Positions 23,778 to 33,965 of a stretch of DNA of 49,944 nucleotides are shown piece after piece. Position 1 is the first letter of the stretch, and every line of letters begins with the position of its first letter. The notes under the pieces are model-generated. The model had not been told where the DNA came from. It did no database searches and saw nothing but the letters and a program-made list of their open reading frames with translations. A program made the translations under genes and the position numbers. The DNA is from an uncultured Streptococcus sp. (GTDB lineage Bacteria > Bacillota > Bacilli > Lactobacillales > Streptococcaceae), in assembly GCF_938036805.1 (NCBI RefSeq), contig NZ_CALHWC010000115.1:1-49944 (forward strand). Direction: 5' to 3'.

Positions 23778-24395
23778 TTAGTTTTTAATGATTTTATAAA
23801 GGATCCACGATCCCTTTCTTTGACTAGTTACGAGCTCAAAGCCTATTGATAACAAGAATCGTTTAAATACTTCTTCTCTTTGAAATTTCGGTAAAAAATA
23901 AGATAGCTTGTTAGATTCACAAGCTAGTAAGAGCATCCCGTCTGATTTGAGTATTCTTCGAAGTTCCATAAAAGAAGCCTCTAAATCCTGCCAATGAAAA
24001 TGAGTTTGAAAAGCTGTGATTAAATCAACACTTTCATCAGAAAAACCTGTCTCCCTAACATCTCTTCGTTCAAAATTTAGATTAGTCATCTCTATCTGTT
24101 TAGCTTGAGCTATTGCAGTATCTGAAATATCGATTCCAGTTACAGTACTTCGCGGAAAGGTTTCTTTCAGTAGAATGGTTGAACGACCATTTCCAACTCC
24201 TACATCTAAGATTACAGGGTAAAATGTCCTATCCAGATGACGAATTGCCCATACAAACATGGGGATATAGGCTCGATTCCACAATTTCATCATTCATTTT
24301 CCTAGAAAACCTGAAGGGTTCTTTGATTGCTGAATCAAAGAATGAAACATGAGTAATAAAAGTATGATAGAAATGATAATTATTATATGAAGCAC
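23778..24395 (-). pseudogene. Class I SAM-dependent methyltransferase with an internal stop
   Basis: ILDVGVGNG and GIDIS motifs; the frame extends to GTG 24395 with a GGAGG RBS (MLHIIIIISIILLLLMFHSLIQQSKNPSGFLGK*MMKLWN), with in-frame TGA at 24294-24296. Confidence 0.75.
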
Positions 24396-24530
24396 TCTTC
24401 AATCCTCCACTTCTGGATAGCTACATTATACCATTTTTAGAGAGATTACAGCTAAATCAATCAACAAAACACTTGCATCCCAAAAAATAACTTTTGGGAT
24501 GCAAGTTATTCAAAACGACTGTTTTCTACC

Positions 24531-25285
24531 TTACAAGGTCTTTCGTTTTTTGGCTTCTTTCGAGAAGGAAATATTCTTAATCTTCTCATAGCGTAAGAAG
24601 CGTTGGATGAGGCGCTGGTCGCTTACATCTGGTTTCAAATCAACCACGTAGTCCAACTTGATAAACTTATTGTCAACTGACTGGACAGAGGTCAACTCAA
24701 AGCTTTTGCAGGCTGTTTCAAAGATTGCTTCAAAAAGGATTTCATAGTATAATTCAGCTAGAAACTGAATTTGGACATAACGTCTGGTTTGACTAACCGA
24801 ACTAAATCCCATCTTTTCTTTGATCAAATGCAACTGGAACAAAGTTTCTTCGTCCTCAACCTCTGTCCCCCAACGTTGCAACATCCTTTTGAAACGGATA
24901 TAAGAATAGGCATATTTACCTAGGTTAAATGCACAACCAAGCAGCTAAATGGCAAAGAATATTTCAAACCAAGGCGCCCTAGAAAAGCCTCCCAGAGATT
25001 GGACTGACAAGCTTTTTCAGCTACTTGAGAAACAGCTTGCCCTCCACTTGTCTGGCTAGCTCTAACAGTTGTCTGAATAGTCGCTCCAGTATTCAGCTGA
25101 ATCAAACCAGAACCAAACTGAGGACGGAATGGGAATAAAAAGCTCAGCAAGATTAAAATCCAAATAAAATACTTGACCTTGACTGAAATTTTGGTCTTGA
25201 GGACTGCAAAAAGAAGGCTCAAAAACAGAACCAAAATCGACGTTGATAGACTGGTTAAGAGGAAAGACAAAAGGAACTGTTTCAT
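24531..25285 (-). pseudogene. BlaR1/M56-family sensor-peptidase remnant (frameshift, stop and truncation), fused to an unrelated 3' segment
   Basis: M56-type N-terminus (KYFIWILILLSFLFPF) follows the BlaI gene; 1-nt loss near 24976 and TAG at 24945-24947 break PWFEIFFAI*LLGCAFNLGKYAYSYIRFKRML; no HExxH present. Confidence 0.75.
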
Positions 25286-25300
25286 GGATACTACCTGATC

Positions 25301-25678
25301 TTACTCTTTCTGATTCAGTAAATTGCGTAGCTCATCCAGTTCATTTTCTGAAAAAGAATTGGACGAAAAGAGGGTCTTGACAAAGCCTCCCATGGAATGA
25401 CCGCTATAGCGCTTCAAAAAGTCTGACGTTTCTACCTCTAGGTACTCATCTTCCGAAATTAAGGCCGTGTATTGCCTTTCACGCCCCTTGCGAACACTTT
25501 CTAAAAAGCCCTTTTCCGTCAAGCGAGCTAAGACTGTCAACAAAGTTTGAGGCTTCCAATGGTTATCTTCACCCAGCTTTTCCATGATTTGGGCAGAGGT
25601 CGTTGGATTTGGTAGGTGCCAAATAATCTTTAAGATGGCAAATTCACCATCTGGTAAACGTTTAATTGAATGATTCAT
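25301..25678 (-). CDS. BlaI/MecI/CopY-family transcriptional repressor
   Basis: LPDGEFAILKIIW, WKPQTLLTVLARLTEKGFL winged helix; start moved to ATG 25678 because the longer ORF overlaps its promoter. Confidence 0.92.
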   Translation of the reverse strand: MNHSIKRLPDGEFAILKIIWHLPNPTTSAQIMEKLGEDNHWKPQTLLTVLARLTEKGFLESVRKGRERQYTALISEDEYLEVETSDFLKRYSGHSMGGFVKTLFSSNSFSENELDELRNLLNQKE

Positions 25679-25711
25679 TATATTTCCATACTTTCTAGAG
25701 TCTTCTTCTAA

Positions 25712-25744
25712 TTTTATTCTACATATGTCTAATAAAAAAGTCAA
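25712..25744 (-). promoter_or_regulatory. Sigma-A promoter with overlapping BlaI/CopY-type operator
   Basis: TTGACT-N17-TAGAAT on the minus strand; overlapping palindrome TTTTATT-c-TACATATGTc-t-AATAAAA resembling TACAnnTGTA. Confidence 0.7.
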
Positions 25745-25790
25745 TCATTATGTAAAAAAAGAGCTGGAAATCGCTATTTCCCGCTCCTTT

Positions 25791-26147
25791 TTAGAAAAAT
25801 AAACTCAGCAGAGTCAATATTGCCAAACCACCCTGCTTAAGCAGAATTTTCGGATCACTGGTAACTGCACCGTAAGCCGCTACCAAGATGATATAAACCA
25901 TAAAAATTCCCAGCCAAACTGGACTAGGCTGCACAAAGGCCGCAATCAAGACCAAAACAGCTATCAATCCGTTGTAAATTCCTTGGTTTTTGAAAAGAGT
26001 ATTGACCGACTTCTGCTCCAACTCCTCTTGTGACATACCAAAGACCCGTGCTGTCGTAGCTGAAGTCGTTGCGATGGTCTCTAAGTACATAATATAAAAA
26101 AATTCCAAGGCAACCAAACTTGCCAAAATCAGTGTAAAAATAGACAT
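25791..26147 (-). CDS. DUF1304-family membrane protein
   Basis: [32 protein letters not shown] motifs. Confidence 0.85.
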   Translation of the reverse strand: MSIFTLILASLVALEFFYIMYLETIATTSATTARVFGMSQEELEQKSVNTLFKNQGIYNGLIAVLVLIAAFVQPSPVWLGIFMVYIILVAAYGAVTSDPKILLKQGGLAILTLLSLFF

Positions 26148-26320
26148 TTCCTTCTCCTTATAAAAATTTATGACGGATCAAGTATAACATAGAGCATGAA
26201 AAAGCGCTAAAATTTGGTTCCAATAAAATGCTTTACGACACTTTTTTAAAATAGGCGTAGCAGAAATGAGCATTTTCCGACTAGATGTGATACAATCTTT
26301 TTGAAAGATGGAGGTAAATT

Positions 26321-27637
26321 ATGTTAACCTATGATTTAATTGTCATCGGCTTTGGTAAGGCCGGTAAAACATTGGCGGCTAAAATGGCGGTTCAAGGAAA
26401 AAAAGTTGCTTTGATTGAGCGAAGCAAGGCTATGTACGGAGGAACCTGTATCAATATCGCCTGCATCCCAACCAAGACCCTGCTTGTCGCAGCTGAAAAA
26501 GGCCTGTCTTTCGACCAAGTCATGGCTGAAAAGAACGCTGTAACCAGCCGTCTCAACGGCAAGAACTACGCAGCAATCAGTGGCGCTGGTGTTGACATCA
26601 TCGATGCGGAAGCTCATTTCCTTTCCAATAAAGTCATCGAAATCACAGCTGGCGATGAAAAAGAGGAACTGACGGCTGAAACTATTGTCATCAATACTGG
26701 TGCTGTTTCCAATGTCCTGCCAATTCCAGGACTGACTGAAACTGAGCATGTCTATGACTCAACTGGCATCCAAAATCTGAAAGAACTTCCTAAACGCTTA
26801 GGAGTTCTGGGTGGCGGTAATATCGGCCTAGAATTTGCTGGACTCTACAACAAATTGGGCAGTCAGGTGACTGTGCTGGATGCTGCTCCTGTCTTTCTCC
26901 CTCGAGTAGAGCCTTCTATCGCTGCTCTAGCTAAGCAATATATGGAAGAAGACGGTATCCAACTCCTGCAAAATGTGCAAACTAAGCAGATTAAAAATGA
27001 TGGTGCTGAAGTTGTCGTTGTGACTGAGGATGGAGAATTCCGCTTTGATGCCCTGCTCTATGCTACTGGCCGCAAGCCCAATGTTGAACCACTGCAGTTA
27101 GAAAATACTGACATTGAGCTGACAGAGCGCGGCGCTATTAAGGTCAATAAACACTTGGAAACATCTGTACCTGGAGTTTTTGCAGCGGGAGATGTCAATG
27201 GCGGTCTGCAGTTCACTTATATCTCACTGGATGACTTCCGTATCCTTTATAGCTATCTGGCTGGCGACGGCAGCTACACACTGGAAGACCGTAAAAACGT
27301 CCCTACCAGCATGTTCATCACACCGCCTTTGGCTCAAATCGGATTGACTGAAAAGGAAGCCAAAGAGCAAGGACTGCCGATTGCAGTGAAGGAGATTCCA
27401 GTCGCAGCAATGCCTCGCGGACATGTCAATGCTGACTTACGCGGTGCCTTCAAGGCCGTTGTCAACACAGAGACCAAGGAAATCGTTGGAGCGACTATCT
27501 TCTCAGCAGGGGCTCAGGAAATTATCAATATCCTGACTGTAGCCATGGATAATAAGATTCCTTATACCTACTTGAGCAAGCAAATCTTCACCCACCCAAC
27601 GCTGGCTGAAAACCTCAATGATTTATTTGCTATCTAA
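26321..27637 (+). CDS. FAD-dependent pyridine nucleotide-disulfide oxidoreductase, RclA/Har (hypothiocyanite reductase)-like
   Basis: GFGKAGKTLA, GGTCINIACIPTK redox motif, QFTYISLDD, C-terminal FTHPTLAE. Confidence 0.85.
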   Translation: MLTYDLIVIGFGKAGKTLAAKMAVQGKKVALIERSKAMYGGTCINIACIPTKTLLVAAEKGLSFDQVMAEKNAVTSRLNGKNYAAISGAGVDIIDAEAHFLSNKVIEITAGDEKEELTAETIVINTGAVSNVLPIPGLTETEHVYDSTGIQNLKELPKRLGVLGGGNIGLEFAGLYNKLGSQVTVLDAAPVFLPRVEPSIAALAKQYMEEDGIQLLQNVQTKQIKNDGAEVVVVTEDGEFRFDALLYATGRKPNVEPLQLENTDIELTERGAIKVNKHLETSVPGVFAAGDVNGGLQFTYISLDDFRILYSYLAGDGSYTLEDRKNVPTSMFITPPLAQIGLTEKEAKEQGLPIAVKEIPVAAMPRGHVNADLRGAFKAVVNTETKEIVGATIFSAGAQEIINILTVAMDNKIPYTYLSKQIFTHPTLAENLNDLFAI

Positions 27638-27747
27638 TTTTAAGCCCCTGATGGGGCTTTTATAATTCCTACAAAGATTTAACTACATTTCGACCTATTT
27701 TTGTGATACAATAATGCTAGTTTATTTTAAAAAGATTGAGGAAAATT

Positions 27748-28716
27748 ATGTCTGAACTGTATGATATTACGATTGTCGGCGGCGGTCCAGTTGGCTTATT
27801 CGCAGCTTTTTACGCTCATTTGCGCCAAGCCAAGGTGAAAATCATTGATTCCCTGCCTCAGCTGGGTGGTCAACCGGCCATTCTCTACCCAGAGAAGAAG
27901 ATTCTGGATGTGCCGGGCTTTACTAATTTGACTGGCGAAGAATTGACTCAGCGCCTGAATGAGCAACTGGAAACTTTCCAGACTGAGATTTGTCTCAATG
28001 AAACAGTACTTGATATCGTTAAATCTGATGATGGCTTCACCATCACGACTTCTCAAGCTCAGCATCAGACCAAAACCATTATCATCGCCATGGGAGGCGG
28101 CGCCTTTAAACCAAGAGCTTTGGAGTTAGACGATGCTGAATCCTACAGCAACCTTCACTATCATGTTTCAAACATCAGCCAGTACGCAGGCAAAAAGGTT
28201 GTTGTTCTGGGAGGCGGCGACTCGGCTGTTGACTGGGCGCTGGCTTTTGAAAAGATTGCAGAAACCAGCCTAGTTCACCGTCGGGATAACTTCCGGGCTT
28301 TAGAGCATAGTGTGGAAGAACTCAAGGCTTCTAGTGTTGAGATTAAGACACCATTTGTACCGAGTCGCTTGGTCGGCGAAAATGGCAAGATTACCCACTT
28401 GGAAATCAGTCAAGTCAAGGGAGAGGAAAGTCAGCTTCTGCCTCTGGATCATCTCTTTGTCAACTACGGTTTTAAATCCTCTGTCGGCAATCTCAAAGAT
28501 TGGGGCTTGGAGCTCAACCGTCACAAGATTTTGGTAAACAGCAAGCAAGAAACTTCCGTGCCAGGTATCTATGCAGCTGGTGACTGCTGCAGCTATGAGG
28601 GGAAAATTGACCTGATTGCGACTGGGCTAGGTGAGGCACCTACTGCTGTCAACAATGCCATTAACCATATCTATCCTGAGCAAAAAGTCCAACCCAAACA
28701 TTCTACAAGCCTATAA
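27748..28716 (+). CDS. Ferredoxin/flavodoxin-NADP+ reductase (TrxB-fold, YumC-like)
   Basis: GGGPVG, LYPEKKILDVPGF, GGGDSAVDWA, HRRDNFRA, HSTS tail; lacks the CxxC of a true TrxB. Confidence 0.85.
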   Translation: MSELYDITIVGGGPVGLFAAFYAHLRQAKVKIIDSLPQLGGQPAILYPEKKILDVPGFTNLTGEELTQRLNEQLETFQTEICLNETVLDIVKSDDGFTITTSQAQHQTKTIIIAMGGGAFKPRALELDDAESYSNLHYHVSNISQYAGKKVVVLGGGDSAVDWALAFEKIAETSLVHRRDNFRALEHSVEELKASSVEIKTPFVPSRLVGENGKITHLEISQVKGEESQLLPLDHLFVNYGFKSSVGNLKDWGLELNRHKILVNSKQETSVPGIYAAGDCCSYEGKIDLIATGLGEAPTAVNNAINHIYPEQKVQPKHSTSL

Positions 28717-28749
28717 AAAAACAGCTGCCGAGCTCAAGCTCAGCAGCTT

Positions 28750-29661
28750 TTATAATTCATCTGCGATTTTATTGATTTTTCTCAAGCGATGATTGACACC
28801 GCTCTTAGTTAGAGGCCGGCTCAGACTATCAGCTAGCTGCTGGATCGAATAGTCCGGATGCTGGATACGAAGTTGAGCAACCTCCTGCAGGTCTATAGGT
28901 AAACTCTCAATGCCGACATTATCGCTGATTTTGGCAATATTGTTGATGGTTTTCATACTGGCTGTGACCGTGCGAGCGATGTTCGCTGTCTCCGCATTAT
29001 TGGCGCGATTGAGGTCATTGCGCGCTTCCCGCATGAGCTTAAGAGACTCAAACTCAGCCATGGCTTCCATAGCCCCGATGACAATGAGAAAATCCATGAT
29101 GTCTTCAGCTCGCTGCAGATAAGTAACAGCCCCCTTCTTGCGCTCGATGGTCTTGGCATCCAGCAGAAAACGGCGCATCAAGTCAGCTAAATCCTCAGCA
29201 TGATCCAGATAAACGGACAGGATTTCCAGCTGATACTTACCTGAATCTGGCTCCCGCATGCTGCCATTTGAGAGAAAGGCCCCCCTCAGATAGGCTCGGC
29301 TGGCTTCGTCATCTGACAAAATGGCTTGGTCAATCCCTGCCTCGATACCAAAAAAGGAGTCAGCCAAGTGCAGATCAGAAAGGATTTCTTCAACTTTCTG
29401 ATCCAGAAATACTGTATAAACGCGATTCTTGCGCAGATTGGTCTTCTGATGGTGACGGATTTCTGACTTGACCTGATAAAGGTCCAACAGCAACTCATAG
29501 AGATGGCGGGCAATCTTAGCATTTTCTGTTGAAATGGATAAGGTAAGGCCAGACGAAGAAATTCCCAAGCTACCAGCCATCTTGATGATGGCAGCCAACT
29601 CGTTTTTGTCTTTTACAGATAAGCTTAAAAGCTCTTCTTTTACCTTCACTGTAAAACTCAT
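28750..29661 (-). CDS. whiA: DNA-binding protein WhiA
   Basis: [39 protein letters not shown]. Confidence 0.95.
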   Translation of the reverse strand: MSFTVKVKEELLSLSVKDKNELAAIIKMAGSLGISSSGLTLSISTENAKIARHLYELLLDLYQVKSEIRHHQKTNLRKNRVYTVFLDQKVEEILSDLHLADSFFGIEAGIDQAILSDDEASRAYLRGAFLSNGSMREPDSGKYQLEILSVYLDHAEDLADLMRRFLLDAKTIERKKGAVTYLQRAEDIMDFLIVIGAMEAMAEFESLKLMREARNDLNRANNAETANIARTVTASMKTINNIAKISDNVGIESLPIDLQEVAQLRIQHPDYSIQQLADSLSRPLTKSGVNHRLRKINKIADEL

Positions 29662-30635
29662 TTGCGCACCTGTATAATCTGCATCAATTCGTCAACAAGC
29701 AACTTGCCGTCATGGAAAGCTCCGCCATTTTCCAAACGAAGAAAATTCGAGGAAATGACTCGTGGAACTTGCTCCTGCAGCCCTCGAAAATTATGATCAA
29801 CCTGAACTAAATATTCATCAAATTTATTGCTATTCATATACTCGCGTGGGACTGGTTCTATATTGACCAAGACAGTATCAATGAACTTTTTGCCCAGATG
29901 ACGATGCAAGACTTGAACGTGGTCGCTATCTGAAAAGTGCTCGGTTTCGCCACGTTGAGTCATAATATTGCAAACATAGGCTACTTCTGCCTTAGTGTCC
30001 AAAATAGCTTGGCCGATTTCTTCAATCACGAGATTTGGCAAGATAGAGGTGAAAAGGGAACCCGGCCCCAGTACCACCATATCACTATCCAAAATACTCT
30101 GGACCACCTTTCTACTGGCAACAGGCTTTTCATCATCATAAGTATTGGTCACATAGACCCTCTCAATCATACCAGCCTTACTAGCTAGATTGCTCTCACC
30201 GACAACTTCCGTCCCATCTGTAAACACAGCATGCAAAGTCAGTGGAGTGTCGCTCGAAGGGTAGATTTTACCTGTCGTATGGAAAAACTTGGTCAGAAGC
30301 TGCATGGCATTATAGGTCGAACCCTGCATTTCGGAAATGCCAGCAATAATCAAATTCCCCAGGGGATGACCTGCTAGAACGCCGTCTCCTTTGGCAAAGC
30401 GATACTGGAAGACCTTCTCATAAAACTTTGGCATGTCGGACATGGCCACCAAAACATTTCGCAAGTCACCCGGCGGCGTCAGCTGCTGGATGTTTTTACG
30501 CAGCTCACCAGAACTACCGCCATCATCTGCAACTGTGACAATGGCTGTGATCTCCACATCCTTTTTCCGTAGGCTGTTTAAAATAACTGAAATTCCTGTA
30601 CCGCCGCCGATAACTGTAATTCTCGGTTTTCTCAT
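29658..30635 (-). CDS. yvcK: YvcK/GlmR (UDP-GlcNAc-binding) family protein
   Basis: [36 protein letters not shown]; start set at MRKPRIT. Confidence 0.92.
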   Translation of the reverse strand: MRKPRITVIGGGTGISVILNSLRKKDVEITAIVTVADDGGSSGELRKNIQQLTPPGDLRNVLVAMSDMPKFYEKVFQYRFAKGDGVLAGHPLGNLIIAGISEMQGSTYNAMQLLTKFFHTTGKIYPSSDTPLTLHAVFTDGTEVVGESNLASKAGMIERVYVTNTYDDEKPVASRKVVQSILDSDMVVLGPGSLFTSILPNLVIEEIGQAILDTKAEVAYVCNIMTQRGETEHFSDSDHVQVLHRHLGKKFIDTVLVNIEPVPREYMNSNKFDEYLVQVDHNFRGLQEQVPRVISSNFLRLENGGAFHDGKLLVDELMQIIQVRK

Positions 30636-31522
30636 GAGCGGTTCACCGTTTCCTTCCGACGATTTTTGTCGCGATGACTGGCATTGACTGGCCAATTTTT
30701 CGCTAAATCATCCGCCAAACGCTGTGCAAAGGCCACACTGCGGTGCTGTCCGCCCGTGCAGCCGACTGCGATGGTCAGTACAGATTTTCCTTCCTTTTGA
30801 TAGCCTGGCAAAATCGGCTCAATCAAGCCTAGCAGGTTCTGGTAAAATTCTTCTGACTCCGCATGGTTCATGACATAGTCAAAGACATCCTTATCCAATC
30901 CTGTCTGATTGCGCAGCTCAGATTTATAGTAGGGATTAGGCAGAAAACGCACATCAAAAACCAAGTCTGCATCCAGAGGCAAACCATATTTGAAACCAAA
31001 ACTCATAACCTCAATGCGGAAACTGTGCAGATCAGCCTGGTTTGAAAATTGTTCAGAGATGGTCTTTCTGAGCTCCCGTGGTGTCAGTTCCGTCGTATCT
31101 ACAACATTTTGACTGAGATTCTTCAGAGGGGCTAAAAGTTCGCGCTCCAGTTTAATCCCATCTAAAATTCGCCCGTCAGCTGCCAAAGGGTGACTGCGTC
31201 TAGTTTCCTTATAGCGAGCCACCAACTCCTTGTCGGCCGCATCCAAAAATAAAATTTTAAAATCAATTTCCGTGCTTCTTTCTAGCTCATCCAGAATATC
31301 CTGAATCTCCAAAAAGAAGGAGCGACTCCTCATATCAACAACCAGAGCCAACTTATCATTGTCCTTTGTCCCTTCGACCAACTGCAAAAACTTTGGTACT
31401 AGGGTCGGCGGCATATTATCAATGGTAAAATAGCCCAAATCCTCAAAAGACTGGATGGCGACAGTCTTTCCGGCACCGCTCATTCCTGTCACAATCACTA
31501 ATTGAATCTTGTGTTCAGCCAT
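30632..31522 (-). CDS. rapZ: RNase adapter RapZ/YvcJ P-loop protein
   Basis: [35 protein letters not shown]. Confidence 0.95.
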   Translation of the reverse strand: MAEHKIQLVIVTGMSGAGKTVAIQSFEDLGYFTIDNMPPTLVPKFLQLVEGTKDNDKLALVVDMRSRSFFLEIQDILDELERSTEIDFKILFLDAADKELVARYKETRRSHPLAADGRILDGIKLERELLAPLKNLSQNVVDTTELTPRELRKTISEQFSNQADLHSFRIEVMSFGFKYGLPLDADLVFDVRFLPNPYYKSELRNQTGLDKDVFDYVMNHAESEEFYQNLLGLIEPILPGYQKEGKSVLTIAVGCTGGQHRSVAFAQRLADDLAKNWPVNASHRDKNRRKETVNRS

Positions 31523-31589
31523 TCTTTCTCCCTTCATCTAACATTTTATTTCTAAAAAAGGACGGGAAACTTCTCCCGGTCCCAATCAT

Positions 31590-31973
31590 TTATTCTACAA
31601 TCTCAGCAATGACTTCGATTTCGATTTTTACATCACGAGGCAAGCGAGCCACTTCTACTGCCGAACGAGCTGGAAACTCGCTCTTAAAGGCCGTTTTGTA
31701 GACCTCATTAAATGGCACAAAATCATTGATGTCGCTTAGGAAGCAGGTTGCCTTGACCACATGTTCAAAATCTGTACCAGCTGCTTCTAAAATGGCTCCT
31801 ACATTTTTTAAAACTTGCTGGGTCTGCTCTTCAATCGTTGCACCTACAATTTCTCCCGTCTCTGGTGACAAAGGAATCTGACCACTTGCAAATAACAGGT
31901 TGCCAACGATTTTTCCTTGGACATAAGGTCCGATTGCTGCTGGTGCTTTATCTGTTTGTACTATTTTTGCCAT
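31590..31973 (-). CDS. ridA: RidA/YjgF family reactive-intermediate deaminase
   Basis: APAAIGPYVQG, SGQIP, PARSAVEVARLP, IEIEVIA. Confidence 0.93.
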   Translation of the reverse strand: MAKIVQTDKAPAAIGPYVQGKIVGNLLFASGQIPLSPETGEIVGATIEEQTQQVLKNVGAILEAAGTDFEHVVKATCFLSDINDFVPFNEVYKTAFKSEFPARSAVEVARLPRDVKIEIEVIAEIVE

Positions 31974-32110
31974 TGTATTCTCCTCATTTCTTTTATCTTA
32001 CTTATTATATCATAAAGTCAAAAGACTGACTATTCTTGTCCTCCTTCCCATTGACTTTTAGGCAATTTTTCTTTATGATAGTAAATGCATAATTCAAAAC
32101 ACTTGTTTTG

Positions 32111-32146
32111 GACTGGTTCGCAAACTTCCCAGTATAAAAAACTAAG
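32111..32146 (+). ncRNA. preQ1 class I riboswitch aptamer
   Basis: GACTGG-TTCGCAAACTTC-CCAGT-ATAAAAAACTAAG: short stem, loop beginning UUCG, and A-rich tail ending AAAAAACUAA, as in preQ1-I aptamers. Confidence 0.85.
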
Positions 32147-32222
32147 TACCCTTATATTCTAAAGTAATGTAATTGCGCATAGTTTTTTCTGGTGTCCTGC
32201 CACTTTGGCAGAACTAACTGAG

Positions 32223-32257
32223 AGGTTGAGACTGAGGTTTCAGCCTTATTTTATTTC
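32223..32257 (+). terminator. Leader terminator (riboswitch expression platform)
   Basis: AGGTTGAGAC-tgag-GTTTCAGCCT followed by a T-rich run, just before the RBS of the hydrolase gene. Confidence 0.6.
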
Positions 32258-32272
32258 TCAAAAGGAGAGCCT

Positions 32273-33250
32273 ATGAAAAGAAAAGTTATTATTGACTGCG
32301 ACCCCGGCATAGACGACAGCCTAGCCCTGCTCTATGCCCTGCAACACCCTGACTTAGAGGTCGTTGCTTTGACCATAGTCGCTGGAAATGTCCCAGTAGA
32401 ACTTGGTCTTGAAAATGCCTTTAAAATCCTAGAAAGGCTGAATCAGCTGGATATTCCAGTTTATGTAGGAGCCGATAAGCCCTTGGTTCGTGACTTCGTC
32501 TCTGCTCAGGACACCCACGGCATGGATGGATTGGGGGAAAGCGGAATAACAAGAAGCAGTTCCACCCAGGCCCAACCACAAGCAGCTTATGACTTTCTGG
32601 CTGACTATTTCCAGAAAAATAAAGATACTTCCATCATTGCACTGGGGCCTTTGACCAATATTGCCTTGGCTCTTAGGAAAAATCCTACACTTGGTCAGCA
32701 TCTAGACCGGTTTGTCAGCATGGGCGGCAGCTACAAATCGCACGGCAACTGTTCACCCGTAGCTGAGTACAACTACTGGTGCGATCCACATGCAGCCCAA
32801 GAAACCTACGAAAAACTTGGAAAGAAGATCGAAATGGTCGGTCTAGATGTCACTCGAAAGATTGTCTTGACGCCTAATCTCTTGGAATATATGCGATTTA
32901 TCAATCCTGAAGTCGCTGACTTTATCGGAAAAATCACTCGTTTTTACTGGGATTTTCATTGGGAGTATGAACATATCATCGGCTGTGTCATCAACGATCC
33001 ATTGGCCGTTGCCCATTTCCTACATGAAGACCTTTGTCAAGGCTTTGACTCCTTCGTCGATCTCGCAACGGAAGGCATTGCCATGGGACAAACGCTAGTT
33101 GATGCCTATCATTTTTATGGTAAGCAAGCCAATGCTAAGGTGCTGACCCAAGTAAACACCCACCTCTTCTTTCAGGATTTTCTCTCCGTGATACTCAACA
33201 CTTCAAAGGAAATCATCTGCCAAGATCTAGAAACCTTAAATTTAGGATAA
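32273..33250 (+). CDS. IunH-family nucleoside hydrolase, probable queuosine hydrolase (QueK-like)
   Basis: IIDCDPGIDD, GPLTN, AEYN, INDP motifs; preQ1 riboswitch upstream. Confidence 0.85.
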   Translation: MKRKVIIDCDPGIDDSLALLYALQHPDLEVVALTIVAGNVPVELGLENAFKILERLNQLDIPVYVGADKPLVRDFVSAQDTHGMDGLGESGITRSSSTQAQPQAAYDFLADYFQKNKDTSIIALGPLTNIALALRKNPTLGQHLDRFVSMGGSYKSHGNCSPVAEYNYWCDPHAAQETYEKLGKKIEMVGLDVTRKIVLTPNLLEYMRFINPEVADFIGKITRFYWDFHWEYEHIIGCVINDPLAVAHFLHEDLCQGFDSFVDLATEGIAMGQTLVDAYHFYGKQANAKVLTQVNTHLFFQDFLSVILNTSKEIICQDLETLNLG

Positions 33251-33254
33251 AACT

Positions 33255-33821
33255 ATGAAAAAAACATCACCATTCACCATTACATTTACAGCAATCTGCA
33301 TCGCTCTAAACTATATCGGTGCCAACATCGCACTTTTTCTAAAACTTCCTGTTTATTTGGATACATTTGGAACGATATTGGCCAGCCTCGTTTTAGGACC
33401 TATTTTCGGAGTAGGAACTGCGGTTGCTAGTGCTCTTATTAGCGCCTTTACAACAGACATTTCTGCTATTTATTTCTCTCCGGTAGCTATTCTTTTGGCC
33501 CTGCTCGTCTCAGTCTTTTTCACTGCTGATTCAAAACCCAGACTAAACCTTCTCTGGAAAACGGTTCTGGTCTCTCTGCCAGCTACTGCTTTGGCCTCTC
33601 TGATTACCGTCATTGTCTTCAAAGGGATTACTCCTAGTGGTTCCAGTATTATCGTACAAGGTTTACATGGCTTAGGATTAGATTTGGTCACCAGCACTAT
33701 CATCGTTCAAGCGCTGACCGACTATGCAGACCGACTCATCGTTATTGGAGTCAGTCTCGTCTTCATCCCACAACTCAAAAAAGTCATTCCAAGAATCTTT
33801 GCAAAATCCAGCAATGCATAA
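33255..33821 (+). CDS. ECF transporter S component, probable queuosine/preQ1 uptake (QrtT-like)
   Basis: Hydrophobic 188-aa protein with ALNYIG and LKLPVYLDTFGT; cotranscribed under the preQ1 riboswitch. Confidence 0.75.
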   Translation: MKKTSPFTITFTAICIALNYIGANIALFLKLPVYLDTFGTILASLVLGPIFGVGTAVASALISAFTTDISAIYFSPVAILLALLVSVFFTADSKPRLNLLWKTVLVSLPATALASLITVIVFKGITPSGSSIIVQGLHGLGLDLVTSTIIVQALTDYADRLIVIGVSLVFIPQLKKVIPRIFAKSSNA

Positions 33822-33825
33822 ATCA

Positions 33826-33865
33826 AAAGAACTACTCAGAAAACGTAATTTCGAGTAGTTCTTTT
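33826..33865. terminator. Intrinsic terminator after the S component
   Basis: aaaagaactactc...gagtagttctttt inverted repeat. Confidence 0.75.
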
Positions 33866-33965
33866 AGTTTAACATTGTCTTTTATAAGTCTTTAAGGTTA
33901 AGTTTAAAAAAGGAGTAGGCAGACTCTTCTTGAGTCCAATCCTACTCACAAGCTACATTTTGAGA

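Noticed and set aside
27748..28716. Call as thioredoxin reductase trxB
   Set aside because: No CxxC active site; motifs fit YumC-type ferredoxin-NADP+ reductase
33881..33908. TTTAAG repeats as a possible CiaR box for a csRNA
   Set aside because: Spacing does not fit NTTAAG-n5-TTTAAG, and no clear -10 or csRNA body follows; lies between terminators of convergent genes
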